Shown piece by piece: positions 26,494-34,101 of a DNA stretch of 64,000 nucleotides. Source of the stretch: an uncultured Rickettsiales bacterium (GTDB lineage: Bacteria; Pseudomonadota; Alphaproteobacteria; Rickettsiales; UBA8987); the NCBI GenBank assembly GCA_964588995.1, contig CAZPQM010000008.1, forward strand, positions 3,141 through 67,140. Direction: 5' to 3'. The notes below the pieces were generated by a model. That model was not told the DNA's origin, did not search any database, and worked only from the letters and a program-made list of their open reading frames with translations. How positions within the stretch are numbered: the first letter of the stretch is position 1; each line of letters starts with the position of its first letter. The position numbers and the translations under genes were made by a program.

Positions 26494-29400
26494 ATGCTTA
26501 GTGACATTAACCAACCTTTACCTAAAGACCGTTATATCAATCGAGAGCTTTCCTGGCTTGCCTTCAATGAGCGCGTGCTTGAAGAAGCAGCCGATACGTC
26601 GATTCCTATTCTGGAGCGCGTGAAGTTCCTGAGCATTTCCGGTTCCAATTTAGATGAATTTTACGCTGTGCGCGTAGCGGGATTGGAGCATCAACGTATT
26701 CACCGGCCGGAAAAGCGAAGTCTGGACGGGCTCGATGCCGACCAACAGCTCGCTGCAATTCAGCAAACAGTAGCCCGGCTGACAGAAGAACAGGCCAGCT
26801 ATTGGGACAAGCTGGAGACTCTGCTTAGTGAAGAAAATATCATTTTTGTTACAGCAAAAGGGCTTCGCAAACAGGATAAAGTTTGGCTACAGGATTGGTT
26901 TTCCAGCGAAGTTTTGCCCATATTTTCTCCTCATATATTTTCTAAAGAAACAGAGCAACCCTTACCGACCAGCAGGATTTGCATCCTGTTTCATGTCAGT
27001 AGCAAGGATGGTAATGAAACAACCTATTATTCAGCTGCTTTACCTGACGGACTACCCCGCTTCATAGAATTACCCTTGCGCAGCAAAGATAGCGACCAGA
27101 CAAAGCGGTTTATAACGCTGGAACAGGTGATCGCACTGTTCGCCGATGAATGCTTTCCCGAGCAGGTGATCAATGCCCTCCATCCCTTTCGGATTATTCG
27201 CGATAGCTCGCTTTCAGTGGCCGATGATGCGGATGATTTGCTCGCAACTTTTCACTCTGCTCTTCAAAGACGCGCCAGTCACTTTCCGGTAAGGCTTGAG
27301 GTGCCAAAAAGTACGCCAAAAGCAACGCAGGACTACCTGATTAACACGCTAAACATACATAAGCGGCAGGTAATGGAGCTGAAAGGCCTGCTACAATACA
27401 GCGACTGTATGGAGCTTTACGCATTAGACCGCCCGCAGCTTAAATTTACACCGCTTCAGGTGCGCTTCCCTGAGCGGATTAACGATTTCGATGGTGATTG
27501 CTTCAAGGCCATAGCTGCTAAAGACATCATCGTGCATCATCCCTATGAGAGCTTTGACGTTGTCGTGCAGTTTGTGCGTCAAGCTGCTCGCGACCCGAAT
27601 GTGCGTTCAATCCGCCAAACGCTATACCGAACCAGTAAAGACTCACCCATTGTGCACGCGCTTATTCAGGCGGCGAAGGCCGGTAAGGACGTCACCGTAG
27701 TGGTCGAACTGAAAGCGCGCTTTGATGAAGCAGCTAACCTGCAATGGGGGCAAGCGCTGGAAGAAGCCGGTGCCCGTGTCGTATACGGCATGAAGGGCAT
27801 GAAAGTCCATTCCAAACTTTCGCTGGTGGAACGTGAAGAAAACAGCGAGTTAAAACGTTATGCACATTATGGCACCGGAAACTATCATCCGCAAACCGCG
27901 AAAGTATATGCCGATCTGTCCTTTTTTACGCGTGAACCCGCTTTCTGCGACGATGCCGCCACAGTGTTTGAGTTTCTGGAAGGTAATATCACAGGTGAGG
28001 ATCTACCTAATAAGCTGCACTATATCGCGCTCGCACCTTTGACGATGCGTAATACGTTGCTCAGCCTTATTGAGCAGGAAATCAGCTTCGCCGAGCAGGG
28101 AAAACCAGCTAATATCTGGGTAAAAGTCAACTCCTTGAACGATCCGCAGCTTATTGACGCGCTATACCGTGCTTCACAGGCTGGTGTATCGATCGACTTG
28201 ATCGTACGAGGCATTTGCTGTCTGAAGGCTGGCGTACTCGGCTTAAGTGAGAATATCCGGGTTAAGTCCATTGTCGGGCGCTTTTTGGAACATACGCGCA
28301 TTTTCTGTTTCGGTAACGGCCACCGCCTGCCCCACCGTCATGCAAAGGTGTACATTTCCTCTGCCGACTGGATGCCACGTAATATGGATCGTCGTATCGA
28401 ATGTATGGTGCCTATCCTGAACCCAACCGTTCACGAACAAGTGCTGGATCAGATCATGCTTGCTAACTTGCGGGACGTGAAACAATCCTGGATCATGGCG
28501 CAGGATACGCATTATGAACGCTTGAGCTATCGAGATGATTCGTTTGTAGCGCATGACTTCTTTATGGCGAATCCGAGCCTTTCCGGTCGAGGTTCGGCGC
28601 TTCGCAGCGCAAATCTGGAGAACGAATTCACCGTTAATGCTGGGGAAGGGGCAAATATCGCCGTCATTGATATTGGCTCAAACTCTGTCAGGCTGGTCAT
28701 TTTTGATGGACTGAAACGGAGACCCTACCCTCTGCATAATGAAAAAGTGTTTTGTGGACTGGCGCGGGGCATGGATGAATCCGGCGTGCTGCACCCGGAA
28801 GGGACGCAACGAGCGCAGGCAGCTTTGGTCCGCTTCGTACAATTGATTCATGCGCATCAGGTGGATACGGTCTATTGTTTTGCGACCTCAGCCGTGCGCG
28901 ATGCAGAAGATGGAACGCTCTTTATCAGCAAAATTGAGCAGCGCACGAATTTAGATATTCAGGTCCTTTCCGGAGAAGAAGAAGCACGTCTCTCTGCCAT
29001 GGGCATTGCAAGCGCTTTTTATGAAGCCGACGGCGTAGTCGGCGATTTAGGCGGCGGCAGTCTGGAACTTTGCAGCCTGAATGCGATGGCCGATGTGAAA
29101 GTAACGGAACATACACGCGACAACCATGTAGCTATCCGACATACTTCGAGCTATCCAATCGGTCCACTTCGTATTAACCATCTGATCTCAAGGGATATAG
29201 AAGCAGCGCGTGAACTGGTACTGCGTTATTTGCACGATTTCCCGTTCCGCGAATATATGTATGGTAAAGCGTTTTACACCGTCGGCGGCAGTTTCCGTGC
29301 GATCGCTAAATTGCATATGGCCGCCATAGACAACCCGCTTCGAATTATTGAGCATTACAATCTGCCCGCGGATGATTTGATGGATCACCTCGAAGTAATG

Positions 29401-30171
29401 ATCAAAACGCCAGTTGAGAAGCTGTCGCTCATCACCGATAAGGCCAATATTTCGGAACGCAGGCAGGAAGTTTTAAAAGGCTGCGCATTAATCATGTATG
29501 AGATAATCAAACTCGGTAAGCCTTCAACGGTTCATTTTTCTACTTATGGCGTACGTGAAGGCTTACTCTATGACCAGCTTGACCTTAACGCGCAGTCGGA
29601 AGACCCCTTACGTGCCGGGGTATGCGATATGCTCTACCTGCTATCACCAAACATGGGTAAGGCCTGGATTCATTATGCACACGAACTGTTTGAGTGGACT
29701 AACCCACTCTTTACCGACGAAACGCACCACATGTCGCGGCTGCGGTTTGCAGCCAGCGTCCTCTGTAATATTGCGTGGTTCGAACATACCAGCTACCGGG
29801 CCGAGTCCTCCTACCACTGGGTACTGGACGCCGGTTTGCCTGGTATTGACCATTGGGAACGCATGTTTATTGCTACGTGTATTTACCACCGCTACCGCCA
29901 TGAAATGGACGCGCCGTTAAAAAGCAAAACAAAGCAATTGTTAGAAGATAAGTGGTTTAACCGCGCTCAGACCATTGGCATCACAATGCGCTTTGCTTAC
30001 CAACTCTCAAGCGGAGCATGCGGCATTTTGCCTCGCACCAATCTCCATGTTGAAAACCGGTATTTAGTGCTTACCTGTCATAAAGACGATCGTAATTTAA
30101 TCAATGATTCCGTTCTAAAACGCTTTGAACGGCTCGCAAACGTGATGCAACTTGTTCCAAAAGTCAGTTAA
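26494..30171 (+). CDS. ppk: Polyphosphate kinase 1 fused in frame to a Ppx/GppA exopolyphosphatase (1225 aa)
   Basis: Residues 1 to about 700 are colinear with PPK1 (INRELSWLAFNERVLEEA, VVELKARFDEAANLQW, HSKLSLV, YISSADWMPRNMDRRIE). Ppx/GppA motifs begin at about residue 715 (IAVIDIGSNSVRLVI, VLSGEEEARLS, GDLGGGSLEL). No stop lies between them. Confidence 0.9.
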   Translation: MLSDINQPLPKDRYINRELSWLAFNERVLEEAADTSIPILERVKFLSISGSNLDEFYAVRVAGLEHQRIHRPEKRSLDGLDADQQLAAIQQTVARLTEEQASYWDKLETLLSEENIIFVTAKGLRKQDKVWLQDWFSSEVLPIFSPHIFSKETEQPLPTSRICILFHVSSKDGNETTYYSAALPDGLPRFIELPLRSKDSDQTKRFITLEQVIALFADECFPEQVINALHPFRIIRDSSLSVADDADDLLATFHSALQRRASHFPVRLEVPKSTPKATQDYLINTLNIHKRQVMELKGLLQYSDCMELYALDRPQLKFTPLQVRFPERINDFDGDCFKAIAAKDIIVHHPYESFDVVVQFVRQAARDPNVRSIRQTLYRTSKDSPIVHALIQAAKAGKDVTVVVELKARFDEAANLQWGQALEEAGARVVYGMKGMKVHSKLSLVEREENSELKRYAHYGTGNYHPQTAKVYADLSFFTREPAFCDDAATVFEFLEGNITGEDLPNKLHYIALAPLTMRNTLLSLIEQEISFAEQGKPANIWVKVNSLNDPQLIDALYRASQAGVSIDLIVRGICCLKAGVLGLSENIRVKSIVGRFLEHTRIFCFGNGHRLPHRHAKVYISSADWMPRNMDRRIECMVPILNPTVHEQVLDQIMLANLRDVKQSWIMAQDTHYERLSYRDDSFVAHDFFMANPSLSGRGSALRSANLENEFTVNAGEGANIAVIDIGSNSVRLVIFDGLKRRPYPLHNEKVFCGLARGMDESGVLHPEGTQRAQAALVRFVQLIHAHQVDTVYCFATSAVRDAEDGTLFISKIEQRTNLDIQVLSGEEEARLSAMGIASAFYEADGVVGDLGGGSLELCSLNAMADVKVTEHTRDNHVAIRHTSSYPIGPLRINHLISRDIEAARELVLRYLHDFPFREYMYGKAFYTVGGSFRAIAKLHMAAIDNPLRIIEHYNLPADDLMDHLEVMIKTPVEKLSLITDKANISERRQEVLKGCALIMYEIIKLGKPSTVHFSTYGVREGLLYDQLDLNAQSEDPLRAGVCDMLYLLSPNMGKAWIHYAHELFEWTNPLFTDETHHMSRLRFAASVLCNIAWFEHTSYRAESSYHWVLDAGLPGIDHWERMFIATCIYHRYRHEMDAPLKSKTKQLLEDKWFNRAQTIGITMRFAYQLSSGACGILPRTNLHVENRYLVLTCHKDDRNLINDSVLKRFERLANVMQLVPKVS

Positions 30172-30213
30172 GAGTACAATAGTAGAACGGGTAATTGGGT
30201 AAGGGTAGAACAT

Positions 30214-32877
30214 ATGCGGGAATTTACACCCGAAATTATTGAAGAAATCAAAGAAGAGATCAATTTCATTTTCACCTTGCATGAAGCAGTGCGGCTTGAA
30301 GGTGAAATGCGGCTGTTTGCGCCTCCGAGCAAACAGGTATGGCAGTCAGCCGAGGCTGGGTTTGAAGCATGGATTACGCGGGATACGATTGATTCTGCTT
30401 TAGGCAAACTGGTCCTGTTTTACCGCAATGGCAGCACGCCGAATACCACCCTCTTTTTAGACCCGATCCTCTATAAACGAAGCGAGACCGATGGCAGCAT
30501 TACACCCATAGGCTCCGGTTTCACGTTTGCTACTGGATATTGCAAACAGGGTGCGTCCATCGATCCGAATACATTCAAGCGACTAAAAGAAATCGGAGCG
30601 TGGTATGATTTTCTACAGGCGGCTTACCCTGATGGCAGCGAGTCTGAGCAAGCTGGCCTAAAAGTCATCCTTCCGGTCAAAGAGCCAATCCAACCGGCCA
30701 CTCCTCAACATACACCACATGGCAACCCGGCACGCGGTACTCAGGCACTGGCCGATTTTATGGATATCAACAGTGAGGATATCGGAGGGCTTTATTACCC
30801 GCTCGGCGGCCTGATGTACACCCGCGAAGAAGGGCGCTATCAACAACCCAGCTTCAAAAACATTATTCCAACGAAGCAAATTCTTCCACTAAAAGATGTA
30901 GCAACCTATCAGCACTTCGTTAATAAAGTCGAAAATGCCGCCACCTGTTGGAATGCTTATGATCGCAGTCAGGTAATTTATGACCGTTATGGCATCGATG
31001 TGTCCAACCTGGAAGATAATCTTCGCGCCAAAGAAGAATCAGATGCGAAACTTAAAGCGGCCATTAATGAGCTCAAAACCTTGTGGCATTCACATAAACG
31101 GTTTGATCTCAACGGCTACATGCGGCTCTACACCATCCCCGATCAGGCTATCTTCCGAACGAAACAGGAAGGGCTGGAACTCTGGTATGAAGATACGGAG
31201 GAAAGCTACAATAAACTGTTTGAAGAGTTACAATATTATTATAACGCGGGAGTCCTGCCCAACAGCCCGCCTTTAGTCGATCCGATTGTCTACCGAAAGG
31301 AGGGGGATAACTTCATTCCGATTGGCACCAGCGTCACCTGGGCCACGGCCTTTTACACCGGGCAGGCAGTCTATAACGAGCACGATCTCGCCCGTATTAA
31401 GCAAGTCGGATGCATGACGGGGGGCTTTATCCGAGCCGGGGTAACCAGGTCCGGCTTTAAAATTCTGGCCTTCCTTGATACACCCTATCGGTTTTCAGAA
31501 GAAGCACAAACGAAACTCCGAGGGCAACGTGACCAATCGGTACCGCACGGTTTAACCATTCCGGGCTGTGAGGAACTGTTTAATATCTCGAACGTCAACG
31601 GGACGGCCTATGCCCCTTATTATTTACTCACCGGTATTGAATATCTTTGTCAGAACGGCTCATACGCCAGCGAAACCATGGAAGAATCGTTTGATGGAGA
31701 GCAGATCAATCGCGATGAACTGATTCAACGCTACACCGTCTCTCAGGAGTATATCCAGGAAGCAAACCGCTGCTGGAACAAATACGACAAGCTGCACCCG
31801 CTATGGGAGCGTTTTGGGATTGACGGGAAAAACCTCGAGAAAAACCTGAAATATTACATGCTATGCGGACGCGACTTTAATTTACTGAATATGACAGGCG
31901 AATCACGCTCGGATAAGGAGTCGGAATTCGAATTCCTCGTACCCGGCTGGATACCCAAGGCAGCTATCACCATCATCGGCGCTACCGGGGGGACCGGAAA
32001 ATCCTCCCTTGCGCACAGGCTCGCGGTGCTGACGTCAAGCGACTGGACGGAGGATGACCCGAATCCGAAATGGCTTGGCTCGGAAATCGCTAAGGAAGAT
32101 TGTCAGGGTATTTCGGTTTATTTCTCGGGTGAAGATGCCGCTTCCATCGTAAATGCCCGTGCGAAAATTTTTGATCCGGAAGGTAAGTCCTCACGGCTTA
32201 TGCTAAAAACAGGGGCCGAATTTGGCACCCATTCGGATGGCTCACCTAAAGCGATCGGTGATTTTCTGGAGGAGTTGCACGTCCTGCCTAAAGTAGATGT
32301 CGTTGTGATTGACCCGGCACGGAAATACCTGCTCGGAGATGAAGATGACTCGGAGGTGGTGAGCGACTTTTTCGAAGCGATTGAAAAGTTCGCGGTGGAA
32401 AAGAATTGTGGCATGATTGTCGTGCATCACCTGCAAAAGCAGGCGCATCCGCGCGACACGCGTGATATTGCCGATATGCTTCGCGGTTCGCAAGTATTTA
32501 TCGACCGGGCGCGGGTCGTTATCGGGATGATGCGCGATGGTGCCTATACGCTTGCAGGTTTGGCGAAAAACAATATCCCACCTGGGCTGGGTATGGTCGA
32601 GGGAGAGCGTGTGCTGGCGCGGGATCCGGAACGGCTGGACCTCATCTGGTTGCCCGGACCGGAAGGGGTGCGCCATTTTGATGTAACCGAAGAAGAGTTA
32701 AAAGAAATTAAAAACAAGCTGGAAGCGGAACAGGAACAGCATGACAAAAACGCTAAGGCTGATGATGCTTCAGCTACAAGCGAGACAACCTCATCCGCAG
32801 ATAGCACGGATACAGATGTAGAGGCCTCTTCAGATAATGATCAGGATGCGCCAACAAATCTAAGTCAGGCTAACTGA
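30214..32877 (+). CDS. 887-aa protein with two tandem unknown modules of about 275 aa, a RepA/AAA_25-type RecA-like ATPase domain and an acidic Ser/Thr tail
   Basis: Walker A GATGGTGKS (about nt 31981-32007), Walker B-like VDVVVIDP, and VVHHLQK. An internal protein-level repeat pairs DPILYKRSETDGSITPIG with DPIVYRKEGDNFIPIG, and CWNAYDRSQVIYDRYGIDVSNLEDNL with CWNKYDKLHPLWERFGIDGKNLEKNL. Confidence 0.7.
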   Translation: MREFTPEIIEEIKEEINFIFTLHEAVRLEGEMRLFAPPSKQVWQSAEAGFEAWITRDTIDSALGKLVLFYRNGSTPNTTLFLDPILYKRSETDGSITPIGSGFTFATGYCKQGASIDPNTFKRLKEIGAWYDFLQAAYPDGSESEQAGLKVILPVKEPIQPATPQHTPHGNPARGTQALADFMDINSEDIGGLYYPLGGLMYTREEGRYQQPSFKNIIPTKQILPLKDVATYQHFVNKVENAATCWNAYDRSQVIYDRYGIDVSNLEDNLRAKEESDAKLKAAINELKTLWHSHKRFDLNGYMRLYTIPDQAIFRTKQEGLELWYEDTEESYNKLFEELQYYYNAGVLPNSPPLVDPIVYRKEGDNFIPIGTSVTWATAFYTGQAVYNEHDLARIKQVGCMTGGFIRAGVTRSGFKILAFLDTPYRFSEEAQTKLRGQRDQSVPHGLTIPGCEELFNISNVNGTAYAPYYLLTGIEYLCQNGSYASETMEESFDGEQINRDELIQRYTVSQEYIQEANRCWNKYDKLHPLWERFGIDGKNLEKNLKYYMLCGRDFNLLNMTGESRSDKESEFEFLVPGWIPKAAITIIGATGGTGKSSLAHRLAVLTSSDWTEDDPNPKWLGSEIAKEDCQGISVYFSGEDAASIVNARAKIFDPEGKSSRLMLKTGAEFGTHSDGSPKAIGDFLEELHVLPKVDVVVIDPARKYLLGDEDDSEVVSDFFEAIEKFAVEKNCGMIVVHHLQKQAHPRDTRDIADMLRGSQVFIDRARVVIGMMRDGAYTLAGLAKNNIPPGLGMVEGERVLARDPERLDLIWLPGPEGVRHFDVTEEELKEIKNKLEAEQEQHDKNAKADDASATSETTSSADSTDTDVEASSDNDQDAPTNLSQAN

Positions 32878-32881
32878 CACG

Positions 32882-33745
32882 ATGTTCCGTTTTTTCTTCA
32901 GACGCCGTGATCCGGAGGATCGACCCCAAAAAATCTCTTATATTCCCTGGCAGCTGCAACTCGCAGTCATCCTATTTGTCATATACGTCATTTTTCAGGA
33001 TCACAGTCTGCGTGAGCGCGTAACGCCTGATCCGAAGGGGAAAATGGAGCGTCTGATAGAAACCGAACAGCGCGAAGTAAAAGAAGTGATGAATCAGGCC
33101 GCCGAATTAACCGAAGACATGACAGAGCCTGAGATCATACTTAATCAAACTACGATTAAACGCGGTGAAGGAGCTCCGCTCCTTTGCGGAGACAAGCTAA
33201 CGGTTCATCTGACCGCAACCGATGATGCCGGTACCATCGTCATGGACACCACCGCTGCTGATACGCCCAAAACCATTTCGCTTGGAGAGACACTGTTGCA
33301 TGAGCGGCTCACCCCGGTTCTCAGCACGATGCGAATGGGAGAAATACGGCAGGTCTATCTGCAGGAAGAGGGAGAATCGCCACTCACTATCGACCTTGCA
33401 CTCATGATAGTCGAACACCGTTTGCAAGACAAACTACCGTTTGGTGTACATACATATACCTTAACAACCGGAGATGCGGACACGCTACGCTGTGGTGAGT
33501 ACGTTACACTAACAATGCGTTATTTTGCGCCAGATAACCCGAAAGAAGTGCTGCATCAGGACACATTACAGCTCCCACTTCACGCCGAAGCCATGCCGAT
33601 TGCGCTGCTACGATCTTTGCTGGAACACCGCCGCGGTGATACGCTAATCGCCATCCTGCCCGATGTTTTGTTTGAAAATTCACCACTTAACATGGCCGAA
33701 TTCCCCACCTCACCTGCCCACTTCGTTGCGTTGAACGTCGATTAA
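32882..33745 (+). CDS. Membrane-anchored protein with two degenerate FKBP-like domains (tentative)
   Basis: Starts 4 nt after the previous stop. N-terminal basic segment plus a TM helix (LQLAVILFVIYVIF). KRGEGAPLLCGDKLTVHL..DDAGT...LGE....M.MGEIRQVYL echoes the FKBP pattern, and a weaker second copy follows. Confidence 0.45.
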   Translation: MFRFFFRRRDPEDRPQKISYIPWQLQLAVILFVIYVIFQDHSLRERVTPDPKGKMERLIETEQREVKEVMNQAAELTEDMTEPEIILNQTTIKRGEGAPLLCGDKLTVHLTATDDAGTIVMDTTAADTPKTISLGETLLHERLTPVLSTMRMGEIRQVYLQEEGESPLTIDLALMIVEHRLQDKLPFGVHTYTLTTGDADTLRCGEYVTLTMRYFAPDNPKEVLHQDTLQLPLHAEAMPIALLRSLLEHRRGDTLIAILPDVLFENSPLNMAEFPTSPAHFVALNVD

Positions 33746-33853
33746 CAATCGTAAGTCGCCTTTTATGCGGTTACCCCCCATTTTTTTATGCTATCTAAGC
33801 AATTCTGCAAATCATTCTTATTTACAGGGGTGGATTCCCGTGCTAGTATGAGC

Positions 33854-33866
33854 AATAATCATTATT
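33854..33866 (+). promoter_or_regulatory. Fur-box-like palindrome upstream of bfd
   Basis: aataat-c-attatt is a perfect 6-1-6 palindrome. It shares ATAATCATTAT with the GATAATGATAATCATTATC Fur consensus and ends 14 nt before the bfd ATG. It is flanked by the direct repeat gctagtatg (33842-33850 and 33874-33882). Confidence 0.45.
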
Positions 33867-33879
33867 AATTACGGCTAGT

Positions 33880-34095
33880 ATGTTCATTTGTATTTGCAAC
33901 GCATTACGCGATAAAGATTTTAAGCGTGCTGCTGATAGCTGCATCGGGGCCGATTGTGCTGAACGTTTATTTGATGAGCTCGGTTGCAAACCGCAATGCG
34001 GTAATTGCCTTTGTGCTGTCGACGAAATGATTGCTCCATCCAGCAAAACGGCGTTACTATCTACTGAATCTAAGGCTGCGCCTGTAACCGCCTAA
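33880..34095 (+). CDS. bfd: Bacterioferritin-associated ferredoxin (Bfd-like 2Fe-2S domain)
   Basis: MFICICNALRDKDF...CKPQCGNCLCAV shows the C.C...C..C pattern of Bfd. Confidence 0.8.
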   Translation: MFICICNALRDKDFKRAADSCIGADCAERLFDELGCKPQCGNCLCAVDEMIAPSSKTALLSTESKAAPVTA

Positions 34096-34101
34096 TAACG
34101 A

